Source: Azolla caroliniana (lineage: Eukaryota > Plantae > Polypodiophyta). From it: 64,000 nucleotides of DNA. The DNA is taken from positions 1,240,001-1,304,000 of the forward strand of contig JBHGNT010000006.1 of assembly GCA_043228905.1 (NCBI GenBank). The letters are read 5' to 3'. Both the position numbers and the translations under genes were made by a program. Under the pieces are notes generated by a model that was given only the letters and a program-made list of their open reading frames with translations, did not search any database and was not told the DNA's origin. Positions 48,311 to 60,960 of this stretch are shown here, piece by piece. Position 1 is the stretch's first letter. Every line of letters begins with the position of its first letter.

Positions 48311-50654
48311 TTCGGATTCTTCATTTCCCTAATATTTACATAATATTCATCTGTTCCAACTCTTTCCTCGTCCACACTTCTCCTCCAAATTATACTCTAA
48401 AGACCAACACCTTCTCTCTATGTTCTCTCACTACAACCACCTCTTGGAAAGGAAGTGGAGACTAAACTACCTAGTAACTATGTGTCATAGGACTTAACTT
48501 TTATGACACATTAGTTATGATACAGAGTGGTGGGATGTTCACACGCTTGGTTATTCCTAAGGTGTGTTCCCACACTAAAGAAGTTGAGTTTGATTCTCAA
48601 CTCAACCAAACATACATGTAATTGTATACATTAAACTACATTACAAAAGAGTTGGTTTAAATACCAACTAACTTAGGGCAACTAAGCTTTCTACTATTTA
48701 CAAAACTTGCCTAAACCTAGTGTGTCCATTGCCAGTTTGAAAGTCGTTACATTGGGGAAGGTGAGTTTGACTCTCAACAATTGTAAAACAAAGACACATT
48801 TCAATTGGTTCATTTTTCTGTAAAATGGTTGATAAAGGTGCCGAATACAGTTCAACACATGCATAGTAAGTTATTTGGGTTGCTATGTCACAAATCTAAG
48901 CATCATTAACTAGAATTGTTATGTCACATTTTCAATGAGTTTTTATTGAGGGTGTCATAACTTTACTCTCTCCTTGGTATAAGGGTTGGTTTGACTATCT
49001 TAGGCATTGGGGTGTATGGTATACTTAAATGTTGAGAATTGGGTTCTTGTCGATGAACTTCATGAGTACTAAGTATGTGCTTGGTTCAGTTGGATATCTT
49101 GGCCTTAAAACCAAATAATTAAATGAAAAAATAATTAATTTAACCAGTAATTAATTAAAATATTAAACCATTAAGGAAATAATTTTTTTTAGTAAAAATT
49201 GATAATCCATTAAACCGATAAACTAATAAATCTTAGTTTGAGAACCAAAACAAATCGAAACCAAACCATTTAATAATTTCGAATGGATGGATCGTAAAAC
49301 CATAGCTTTAACCATTTTAATATTACAAAAGGCAAAATCAAAGCTTGTCACTTGCATGAAGGACGTTGTTTAATATTTTTCCATGATTATATTAAAAGAG
49401 TTTTCTTAAATAAAACTCTTCATATAATGAACTTTGTCATCCTTCAATGCTTGAAAAGGCGTCTATATCATAAACACAAAAACCACTCTTTGAAATAATA
49501 TCACATGGCTATTCAATCAAGAAAAGGAAAGGAAAATTAGAATCTTCGTTGAGGGCGGATATTTTGAAATCACTAGATGGAAACCCAAACAAGAGACATA
49601 CTATAAATCACTATTTCCTCATCATTATGAATTACATCAAGAGAGTGGCCATTCAATCAAGAAAAGGAAACTAGAATAGAACCTTAGTGGCTACAATGGG
49701 GATATTTTGGAATAATTAGTGCTAAACTCAATGAAGCAACATACAAAAAATCTATATTTCCTCATCACTACGAATTATGTTTGGAGGTGGTCCTAGACAC
49801 ACGATTCACGATGGAACCAGCCAAATAACAGTTTACAATATTTAATTTTTATTTCAAAGGGGTTTGATTGACAATGTTACTTTTCTAAAAGCAATGTTGA
49901 CAAATACACACATCCATCTTTATTATTGAGGATGATATGCATAGTATAAAGAACCCCATGCACAAGCATACACGAGATGATGGTGTGCTTTGATCCAATG
50001 AGGTACCACCATAACCACAAAAAATTGTGGATCCAACAATGGAGAGACAAGCAGACATATAGAGGCCCTCTTGAGGAAGATGTGTTGACATTCATTGACC
50101 CACTTGGGTAATGAATCTCAAAAGATTATTCGTGCAAAAATACTACATTAGGGATATTTGAGATGTTGTACAAGTACACATCTCAACCAAAGCCAAGGTT
50201 ATGTTCATAAAGAGGGATGATTTCTAGAGTCATTGCTCTTTCTTGTGCATGTCTCCAATACTAGCATGATGCACAAGCCCTATGCGCATACCTTCATAAG
50301 ATCGGAGCTATCATGAGTGACATGACATTGGAGACATCCTCTTGTATATAATTCTAGAATGGATATTTATCAAACGGTAGCAATCACTGTTCCAAAGACA
50401 AGGTATCATACATGGTTACGGTGCTAGTTATACATGATTTCATGAGTGATGCCCTTTAGCATTACAAAATTCCAATGCAGAAATACATAGTCTTTTCGTC
50501 ACATTGGCATTCAATGTGGCAAAGTTCCCACGGCCATCATAGACAACTTTCATTACATGAATGATTGAAAAGGAGAAACGTATTGCTTAGTAATCAACCA
50601 ATCAACCTATCACTATTATTTATATAAATAAATACTTAAAACCTGAAAAACGTC

Positions 50655-51135
50655 TCTCTCTTTCGTTATTTTCGTAAATATATGTCTGTTATCGAAACAA
50701 GATGATAATACAACCCGTGTTGTCTCGATTCTCCACTACTTCATTAGTAGCAATATGGCAAGGTAAACCTTCTCTAAGTGTTGTAATACTAGATAATATA
50801 AATCTACCTCATATTGGGACAATGTCCCCATACAACGACATAGTTGTGAGAATTGCCAAATGAACTTTCCTTTGAGGTTACGGAATTGTTATGGTACTCC
50901 ACAAAGTCCATCAAACAAGAACACATTTCTCATGGTCCCATTAAAGCAAATCCCCCAATACCTAAGGTAATAAAAAACACGACATGATGATACGATGGGG
51001 GTGGGCAGAGCTCTAGCACTATCGATGAAAACCCACTTAAGACAGTGACAAAAAACTTGGGGTGGTTTTTGATGGAAATCATGTCTTTATGTGTGTGTAC
51101 TCAAATGCATGGCTTTTTTAGCAACCGGAAAATGT
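50655..51135 (-). mobile_element. 5'-truncated LINE 3' end, same family as 7866-8627
   Basis: Aligns by eye with 7910-8320 (aacaagatgataatacaaccc..., gtccatcaaacaagaac.catttctcatggtcc..., tcccccaatacctaagg). Confidence 0.8.
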
Positions 51136-51333
51136 ACCCTATATGTACATGTACATATGTTTGTCATCTTTCTCACACACAAATAAAATAAAATCTTCCT
51201 CAACCTTATTAGCTTCTCTGTGCTCTGTTCTCTGTTCTCTGTGTTCTCTGTTCTGTGTTGTGTTCCATAGATAGACTCCTCCTATCCTGTCCCTGTCCCT
51301 GTCCCTGTCTCTCCACAATCTATCCTCAATATC

Positions 51334-53192
51334 ATGCATCGTGCGGTGGAGGTGGTAGGATACAACGCAGAGGAGCCATGGGAAGCTTGTAAGGTTACAT
51401 CCTGTAGAGAGATCCCTGTTCCGGGGCCTTTCCAGGTGTTGGTTCGCGTCTTGTGTCGGCCTGTTAACCCATCGGACGTGCTGTCGTTGAAGGGCCAGTA
51501 CCCTGGATGGCGCCCCAATCACTTCCCCAGCACCCCGGGCTTAGAAGGCATGGGCATCATCTCTCAAGTAAAAAAAGCAAAACAGATCAACGAAACCCTC
51601 CTTCTGTCCATCCCACTTTTCTTTTCTGACCCTCCTCATTTCTCTACCTTGTGTTTTCTACCTGTTGTTGTTGTTGTTGTTGTGAGGTAGGTCGGCGAGA
51701 ATGTGAGCCAGGTTCAAGTTGGGCAACGTGTGGTTCCACTCATTCAGAGACCTGATCTCACAGGCCAAGGCACGTGGCAAGAATACATTGTCCTCCCTGA
51801 GACACATGTGGTGCCTATACCTGACACCATTACCAACGAAGCTGCAGCCCAGTTTGTTGTCAATCCTTTTACAGGTAATTGATGTTTCAATTTGCTAGGT
51901 ATATTGATGCATATCGTATAGAATTGTGTGTATGTCATGTATATCTATATGCATCTGATAATGTATATACTTTTACACGTGACGTCTAATGTATACACAC
52001 ATATGTGCACATATGTATGCAGCGTACAATAGATGTACTCATGCCAATGTATATGTATCTACATGTATGCAGATCCATATGCGTATGGATAGATGTACAT
52101 GGATGTATGTGCATGCACATATGCCAATGTATGTGTGTATATGTACATATGTAGGTTTCTGTAACCACTGACTTGAATGTGTCTTTCTTTTTTCCAGTCA
52201 TTGGGCTCTTACGAACATTGAACCCTCCCAAAGGGGAGTATATTCTCCAAACTGCTGCAGCCTCAATCTTAGGCCGCATGTTCATCCAATATGCACACCA
52301 TCAAGGATTTAAAGTAAAGACTATCCACATTGCATCCATAATGACCTAACTGTCTCTTTGGAACTATCTAAAATTGCTTGGTCTAATAATGAAATGTGTA
52401 GACCATCAACATTGTGCGATGCAATGAACAAATTGAAGAGCTGAAAGCCTTGGGGGCCAATGAGGTGATCAATTCGAATGAAGGTGATGTGGTCGAGAAG
52501 ATTAGGAACATAACTGGAGGAAAGTTGGCATACGGGGCAATCGATTGTGTTGGAGGAGAATTAACTAAGGTTATCCACACGAATGATTGGAAGATATATT
52601 GATGATCATTTATTTAATACTAAAATATTAAAGTATGCCTATGTGTGGTTAATAATAAAGGTAAGGATATAGTGTGCCCAATCTTGGTTAAGACCAATGC
52701 TAAATTGTTCCTGATGTTGGGTAATATCAAGATATGATGTTAGTCATTACTACAGATAAAGTGTGCCCAATGTTGGTTTTTGTTTGTCACTATAGATTGT
52801 TGTTGAATCGGTCCGAGATGATGGCGTGGTGCTTATATACGGGCTCCTTTCATCAATGAATGCAGTAGTGGGACTCTCTGACCTTATCTTCCGCGGAATC
52901 AAGGTTCATGGGTTTTGGTTAAGCACATATCTTAGTCAACTCTCCCCTAATGAACAGAAGGAGTTCATGGGTCACGCCATTAGCCTTTTAAGCGAGAAGG
53001 TGATAGATCCATTGATAGGAGGGAAATACACCTTAGATCAGGTCAAGGATGCAGTCAAGAAAAGCTTGGTAATGCTGTCTTATTAATCAATATGTCAAAA
53101 AAAAAAGTTCATGTTTTTTTTTGTATTAAAATTGCATTTATCGGATGCAGGAAATGAGGCGTGGTGGAAAAGTCCTGTTGGTGAGCGAGTAG
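51334..53192 (+). CDS. MDR-superfamily NADPH oxidoreductase (2-enoyl-thioester reductase / quinone oxidoreductase-like), 6 exons
   Basis: Exons 51334-51567, 51691-51874, 52198-52313, 52402-52569, 52796-53068, 53151-53192, all GT-AG with phases consistent. Motifs PVNPSDV..GQY, PSTPGLEGMG, GTWQEY, AAQFVVNPFT, LQTAAASILGR, AIDCVGG, IYGLLS, VHGFWL, GGKVLL. Confidence 0.92.
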
Positions 53193-53437
53193 CAGAATAA
53201 GAATTATTAGAATGCATGATAGAATATTGGTGAAAAGTAGTCAATACTATTTGTTGCACGTGAACTTTGCATGCTTTGAAGTTTGAATGCTGAACTTCCT
53301 TGTCTATTCTTTTGAAATTTGGCATCTACAGTTATCGTCATTTAACCAGCTCAAAAAGATGACATTCGCACTAGAAAGTATGTCCACAAACTATCATGTG
53401 ATATTGTCAATATTAAATTATGAGGTGATTGAGGTTA

Positions 53438-53687
53438 TATATCTAGATATTTTCAAGATGATTTACACTAATTTAGGGTAACTGGTAGAGTATTGTGATT
53501 GATTTGCACACTACGCAACATTACTGATCAGCTACACACAGAATTGGAGATCGTAAATCCAATATATCTAGATATTTTCAAGATGATTCATACTAATTTA
53601 GGGTAACTGGTAGAGTATTGTGATTGATTTGCACACTATGCAACATTATTGATCAGCTACACAGTATTGGAGATTGTAAATCCAACA
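53438..53687. repeat. Tandem duplication, ~125-bp period, downstream of the reductase gene
   Basis: atatctagatattttcaagatgatt...ttggagat.gtaaatccaa occurs twice. Confidence 0.9.
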
Positions 53688-53995
53688 TAGATGATGATGG
53701 TTGTCTAATTCTTGTTCGTGCCATCTAATTCAATCTTTCTTGTTTGTGCCATCTAAGTCTTCAATTTAGGAAATTTGTGCCATGACCCACAAACAACTTT
53801 GTTGGGAGCAAATACCATGACCTTGAGTATGTATAGGATTCATCAGCATGTTTAGTTGGTTTCTTCAGTCTCTTGAGGTTATTGTATAAGCTGCAAATGA
53901 TTAAAATGTCATTTAGCCATGGCTATGATTTCCAAAATGTGTATATTATTACAAGTTGTGTGATATATTATGTTATTATCATTAGTTTCGTTGCC

Positions 53996-53996
<1 letters not shown>

Positions 53997-54050
<54 letters not shown>
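53997..54050. repeat. (ATT)n microsatellite
   Basis: Directly visible. Confidence 0.95.
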
Positions 54051-54053
<3 letters not shown>

Positions 54054-54899
54054 ATTGTCATTAGCCTTGAGATAGAAGTTTCAAATTAAGCAGAAAAAGG
54101 TTAGTTACTATAATTCATGATGTTACTATAATTAATTTCCCTAGCCTTATTATATTGTTTGAATGATCTTCAATATATTTAAGATAAAAATTTCTCTTAT
54201 CTCTCATCAAAATTTATAATGTAATGTGTAGCATTATCTGTAATTTGAGGGTTTTAATTGGTTTTTTCTTATTTAAAATCATGGAAATAGATTATGGAAC
54301 TTTTAAATCATTAAATGCAAGGGTTGGTTTTACAATCATATAAGAGGGAGAGTTTAGTAGTCCCCTTCCATTGTTAATAGTTTCATGAGCTAACTAATTA
54401 TGGTTCATAAATTGAACATAATATAAGTCATAGTTCAGACTCTTCTTTGAAAACAACCATGGGGTTTAAAGGTTTTGTCAGTTTTCTTGAACGACGTTAT
54501 GTATTTGGGTTGATGGTCTATGCAAATGGCTTGCTGAATTCACTTTCTTTAAAAGGGCTAAACGTTGTTAGCATTACCTTATGAAGCTAATATTAGGCAA
54601 GGATGTGATGGAGCATAAAATGACAGCTTACTATTAAACAAAGAAATGTGTTTGCCATGGTTACAGTTAGGATCTATGAGGGATTAGTAACAATATGATG
54701 TTAAATGTTATTAAATTAGTTTGTGATGAAGGATAAGTAACGATACCAGGTTTATGTTCTATGATTAGCTCACGGTGAAGGATTCAGGATATGGTGCCCA
54801 ACATGTGAGAGGGATTGTTTAAAATGACAAAAAGTTGTTAATTCCAAAGGTGAGAGAAAGAACGAATAAATGATAACATTTCTTGATTGCTACCAATGG

Positions 54900-55290
54900 T
54901 CTTGGTTCGGTTTTCGTCTCAATTATATAAAATAAAAACCAAACCATTTAGGGAAAATTTAAACCTAACTATTTAAGCTAAACTAATTACAAAAACTAAA
55001 ATAATTTGGTGAACAGAATAAACTATATAAAATAAAAACCAAACCATTTAGGGCAAAGTTGAAACCAAACGTAACCATTTAATAAAAAATTTAAACCTAA
55101 CTAAAACAAAAATACATTAAATTAAATAAGTTTAAGTTAAATTAATTAAAACAATAAAAAAGGCATAAATTAAACCATTAAATTAATAAACCATTCAAGG
55201 GAAAAATGCCAACAAAAAACTATTTAACCTTTAAACTAAATCACTTAAACCGATAAACCAATAAACTTGAGTTTTAGAACCAAACAAATT
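54900..55290. repeat. AT-rich AAACC-motif non-autonomous repeat, continuing at 61436-61540 after the Copia; related copy at ~49080-49320
   Basis: Shared ttggttc.gtt start, taaaccgataaac.aataaa..t.agttt.agaaccaaa and aaaccatttaa motifs. Confidence 0.55.
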
Positions 55291-56062
55291 TGTTAAAGAT
55301 TGCTTGCGGAAGCGTTAGAAAGAACAATACACAAAGAGAGAGAGAGAGAGAGAGTACGCGGGAGTGACAGAGAGAGGGAGAGCAGGACACTATTTTTCGA
55401 AATTATATGAATACTCTATGCTCTCTGTCTCTACAACGCGCTCATCAGCGCTATTTATACAAGTCCACACGGGATTGTTAGAAGTACGGTGTACTTCAAT
55501 GCTCACACGAGCATCTGACACTAACTACGAGACTATAACTGGCTAGTAGTCTAACCTATACTAGGCTTCCGATTACGGATTGGATCCGGCATACCGGCTC
55601 CCGAGCTCACCGGTCCTTATTGCTTACCGGCTCAGTTGCTCACCGGCATACCGATTCATCTCACTTACCGGCTCAGGCTTATTAAGCCGATCCGGCTCTT
55701 GTTGAGCTTGCCGCTCAACACTCCCCCTCAAGCTCAATCTGAGGTAGGGTCGTAGCGTGAACCTCTGTGGCAGCCGGTTCTTCCAACCGACTTCTCCTGG
55801 CGTCGCTTCACCTTGCTCGCGTTCCTTGTCCAGTCCGGTCGCGTTTGTCGCGACCCCTTTGGTTCTGCGCGCCTCGACCTTCGGCATGTCTACTCAATAG
55901 GCCCATCTCAGCTCCTTCGCTGCTATGACTCCGACACTTGCCGATCCGTCGGTTCCTCCGTGATGGCATCGACTTCCACTACGTCTGTGTCTCCTTGGCC
56001 TCTCGTTGATCCGACTCATCCGGATCCGTCTTTTGATCCGAGTCGGTTGTCTCCGACTCGTT

Positions 56063-58430
56063 CTAGCTCTTGTCCGAATCAGTATCCTCCGATTCGATTT
56101 TCGGCTTCAGGCCTCTCACCACATCGGACCACGTCCAGGTCTTGGCCTTCTCCGTGCTTCCCTTGGCTTCTTCAGCCGGTTCACCGAAGTCGAATTCTTC
56201 ATTCGACTCCGCATCATGGCCATTACAATCGTGATGACCTCCGCATAGCATGCACTTCTTTTCCTGAGTGTAGACGTCTTTTTCACAGCCGCTCACTCCG
56301 ACCTGTTCGGATGTGCCGACTTCCTTCGTCGACTCGGCTTCATTTTTCTTCTTGTCTCCACCTCTACTGGTTCTTCTCTTACCTACGGGTTCAACAGTTT
56401 TTTTGCCTTTGCCCGTTTCGGTAGTGTCTTTACCCTTGCGTCTCCCCCTCAAGTGCGACATGTCGAGATGCTGAACAACAAGCATTTCGGTAAAGTGCTG
56501 CAACTTGTCCGACCCGAGCGACTTGGTGAAGATGTCGGCAACTTGCCGATCCATGTGAACATACCGTAGTTCAACTTCACCGCTCAGGACCCGCTCACGC
56601 ACGAAGTGATAATGCACTTCTATGTGCTTTGTGCGAGCATGGAACACAGGGTTTTTGGCGAGTTGCATGCTGCTGAGGTTATCGCAGTAGATCAGGATCG
56701 GGGTCGGTACCTCGATCCGCAAGTCTTGCAGTAGTCGCCGAAGCCAAATGGCTTCGCAGGTGGCAACGATCGCGCCCCAGTATTCAACCTCAGTACTAGA
56801 TAGAGCCATTGTTGGCTGCTTTTTGCTGCTCCACGCAACAGCCGCGCTCCCAAGAGAGAACATAAAGCTGGAAGTTGAGCGACGATCCGTTGCATCGCCA
56901 ACCCAGTCGGCATCCGTGTAGCCGACAAACTCTTCGGTTATACCTTGCCGGTATAAGAGCGCCCGGTCCTTAGTGCCGCTTACATACCTCAGTATTCGTT
57001 GCACGCACTGAAGGTGCTCCACGGTCGGCTTCTGCATGAATTGGCTTACCACTCCGACCGGATAGCTAATGTCGGGTCGGGTGATGGTCCAGTAGATCAG
57101 GCTTCCAACTATTTGTCGGAACCTTTTCTCATCACAGGCTGGTCCGGAGTTGGGACGGATCTTCTGATTCCTGTCAAGGGGTGTGGAGATAGGTCGGCAT
57201 TCTGTCATGCCGAACTTGTACAGTATATTCAACACATAATGGCGTTGAGAAAGCAATATGCCGTCGGGGGTGCGGATCACCTCGATCCCCAAAAAATAAT
57301 GAAGGTCCCCCAAGTCCTTCATATCGAATGCGTCCGACAACTGGGACTTGACGCGGTTGATTTCCGGAAGACTTGGGCCGGTGATGACTAAATCATCAAC
57401 ATAGAGTAAGATACATACCAGACCGTTTGAGCCTTGACGGATGAACAGGGAAGAGTCCGACTTAGAGGCACCAAACCCCATCTTTCGCAACCAGTGCGTG
57501 ATCTTAGCATTCCAAGCACGGGGGGCTTGCTTCAAGCCGTACAACGACTTCCTCAGTCGGCATATTGCCGACTTGTTCACCTCCGACTGAGGCATTCTTC
57601 ACATCCATCTGATGAAGATGCCACCCCCTTGCCGCAACAACCGCCAGTACCACACGAACCGTCGTCATCTTCGCTATAGGAGCGAAGGTCTCGTCGTAGT
57701 CGATTCTATGGGTCTGCGCATATCCCTACGCCACTAATCGGGCCTTGTACCGGTTAACTGTACCGTCGACATTTGATCTTCCTCTCTGATTCCCGTTCCA
57801 CCATCTTCTGGAGGCTCCGAAAACTCTCGAAGACTTCGCTCTTCCGCTCAATGAGGTAGATCGACGTATGCCGCATGTAGTCGTCCATGAAGGAGACAAA
57901 ATATCGACTCCCGCCAATGCTAACATTTTGTGCCGGTCCCGAGACATCCGAATGGATAAGCTTCGATTTCTTTCGGTGGGGAATGGAAGCCAGTGTTGCT
58001 TCCCGAGTTGGCAGGCTTCAAAAATCTGGGCTCTCTGGCCGCTAAACTTCGGCAAACCGAAAACGACTTGTTCCGTTTGCAGGTCTTGAAGCCTCCGGTA
58101 GTTGATGTGGCCGATCCGCTTGTGCCACAGGTCGATATCTGACTCGACCTTCTGTCCTTTGGTGAACAGTGCGGTGCCGACGTCATTGGTGTTGAGGATA
58201 AACATCCTCCCATCTCTGCGCCCTTGCGCAATAACTTCGCACTCATCCTCAATGAAGCACCTAAGGTGCGTAAACCGCACCTGCATCCCGCGGTCGACGA
58301 TCTATCCGACCGACACCAGGTTCTTCGTGATCGTCGGAACATGTAATACATTCATCAGCTTCCCCCTCTGTCTGACGTAGCTCAAAGGGACTTCTCCGAC
58401 GTGCATGATCGGGTGGGGAGTGTCGTCTCC
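56063..58430 (-). pseudogene. Copia pol remnant (GAG-pre-integrase, truncated integrase, RT, RNase H)
   Basis: [60 protein letters not shown]. The integrase core is fused to RT near 57775. Confidence 0.9.
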
Positions 58431-58658
58431 GGTTTGGATCGAGAGGGGTTGATATAGGTTTCACTTTGTCATCCCAAACTTGTATAGCAAGTTGAGGATG
58501 TAGTATCCCAAACTTGTATAGCAAGTTGAGGATGTAGTTTTGTTGGGAGATCATGATCTCGACAAGTGTCTGAATTACTTCTATATCGAGGAAGTAATGG
58601 GGCTCCTACATGTCATTCATTTCGAATTTGTCGGGCAGGAGGGATTTGACCTTGTTGA
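58431..58658 (-). mobile_element. Foreign Copia RT fragment with a 33-bp tandem duplication, left flank of the gag element
   Basis: Minus strand NKVKSLLPDKFEMNDM*EPHYFLDIEVI...ISQQNYILNLLYKFG...KPISTPLD, which differs from the host Copia's own RT at 57180-57370. Confidence 0.8.
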
Positions 58659-59023
58659 TGTCAAGACATACATTTTGGCCTTACAAGGATTCGAGCCCAA
58701 GACGTCTTGGTCTATATGTTAGACCTTTAACCATTATAATAACATATATGATGTATAGTTATAATAAATGTATTATTAGTTATTCCAAGATATTTAGAGT
58801 ATTCTAGAACATTCTAGAGTATTCTAGAACATTCTAGGATATTCCATGATTATATTAAATAACTAAAATATTCTAGAACATTCTAGAATACTCCATAAGG
58901 ACCTATAAATAGGTGTCTATTAATTCATCACAACTCATTTGGTTCAACACCAGTTTGTAGCCCCTTAGCCTACTCTTTGTAATCCTTGCTCTCTTATAAT
59001 ATAACTCTCTTTCCAGTTCTAGT

Positions 59024-59103
<80 letters not shown>

Positions 59104-60360
59104 CTATTGTCATCTTATCTTTCTCTCTCCTATTCTCAAGTCTCGACAATTTATACCGCATATCTCTCTTTCCTTCTTCTCCAACTTCTTCTTATCTTAA
59201 CCTTATTCAAGCAAATCTAGCAATTTTCTCTTCCAACTATGGAGTTCGTCAACAAGCAAGAATAGGTGCGTGTTGTCTCCAAGCTTGACATGCTAACAAC
59301 CAAATTTGTGGCACTGGAGCATGAAAATCAAAGATTGTTGGGAGACCTACAACAAGTAAGTGTTGAGAAAGTACAACAATATGAAGATTTATTTCAACGG
59401 GTGCATCAAGTGGAGATAACTCTATTGCAACGACAAGCGGTGGAAGTTCAAACCTCGCCGAAGGAACCCAAGATTAGTCTGCTAGCCAAGTTTGATGGTA
59501 CAAGGTCTCAATTTCGTGGATTTTTAAATAAGGTACGGCTTGTGATTAAATTGTATCCTAGCCATTACCCAATTGATGTTGCTCGTGTGGGACTAGTTGG
59601 TACCTTGTTAACGGGTCCCGCATTAGCGTGGTTTGCACCACTTCTAGAGAAGCACTCACCATTTTTAGAAGAATTTGAAGGGTTTATTAATGAGTTCCAA
59701 GCCAACTTTAGAGACACTGATAGTATGAGGACTGCAATAAACAAAATTCGACGATTACGACAATGAGATCGTCCTACTTCCTCTTATGCTGCAGGTTTTC
59801 GCCTTCTAGAATATGATATTCCATGGGACGAGGCGGCATTAATCGACCAATTTTGTCAAGGTGTGCGCAATGATGTGAAGGATTTACTTCTTACCTTCCA
59901 TGATGATCGAAAATCTCTTCCTGAAGTAGTAAGCTGGGCCGTGCGATGTGACAATCGCTTATTTGAGCGGCATTCTGAGCGCCAACAAATGTTACGCTTC
60001 TGACCAACAGAAACATATGCTTCGGTGGTCGCAATTCCACCCCAAGTATCAAAGTCAAGTGTGGTGGAAGGCCCTACTCCAATGGAGATCGAGACAACAT
60101 GACATCGAGGACCATTATTGGATGTTGAAAAGCAACGACGACGATCAAATCGTCTATGCCTCTATTGTGGTGCTCCAAGGCATATTGTTGTGAATTGTCC
60201 ACATAAACCACGACGACAAGTTAACCAAGTAAGTGCTCATGACAATCCCATCTCAATTTCTGCCCCGCCTTCTCGTAACCCAAGTAGGCCTAGTAGTCCC
60301 TGTCATAAAAATACATTTGATGTCTTGAGCCAATTAGATGATGTGTTAAACGAGTAAGTC
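58659..60360 (+). mobile_element. Gag-only retroelement copy 2 (left LTR + gag; right part lost), inside the Copia
   Basis: About 98% identical by eye to 45731-47394 and shares the same four gag stops. Begins TGTCAAGACATAC right after GTTGA. Gag 59239-60357. Confidence 0.9.
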
Positions 60361-60960
60361 TACAAGGAGCATCGACTGTAAGTCTAAAAATGAGGGCGTA
60401 TTCTCCCTTGTACAAACCGCAGTCCGGAAAGCTCCGAACTTGGACGCCAGGCCTCCAAGACAGACCTGGACCATCTCGCCTTCCTCTACAGTGACGTTAG
60501 TAGAGGCAAGCGAGTCAGAGATCCCTTTGATCCGGGATGTGTAATCTGCCACCAACATGTTCTTTTGTCGAACATTGTTCAACTCTTGTCTGAGTTGCAG
60601 CTTTCGGGCAATGGTGCTTGCGGCGAAGACCTTTTTCAAGTTTCCCCGAGCATCCTTCGGTGTCTTGGCGTCACGGATATGGCTGAGCAGCTGGTCACCG
60701 ACACTGAACGCGAAGCAGTACATCACCCTGCTTGCCGCCTGTTCCCACACTAGGAAGTCCTTGTGTGTCGTCTCCGGTGCTAAGTCGTTCACTCCGTCCA
60801 TATAACTCCAGTAGCCATGCCCAAGCAGGTACTGGTGCATCTTGTATGACAAAGATGCGTAGTTGGTTTTGTCGAGCTTCTCCACCGAGAGCGACGTAAC
60901 CATACCTCTGTCCATTTCTCCTTTTGTGTCTGTTTTCTGATCTGTTAGGGTTTCCTTCAC
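60361..60960 (-). pseudogene. Copia gag (3'-truncated)
   Basis: EKLDKTNYASLSYKMHQYLLGHGYW...RKLQLRQELNNVRQ...DYTSRIK...VCLGGL (Copia gag / UBN2-like). Confidence 0.88.

Noticed and set aside
49877-50095. IFCGYGG stretch resembling a Ser/Thr phosphatase IFC.HGG motif
   Set aside because: Single weak motif, no catalytic His and no supporting flanking motifs.
51930-52160. His/Cys/Tyr-rich short ORFs
   Set aside because: Artefacts of an alternating purine-pyrimidine (TA/TG/CA) tract inside intron 2 of the reductase gene.
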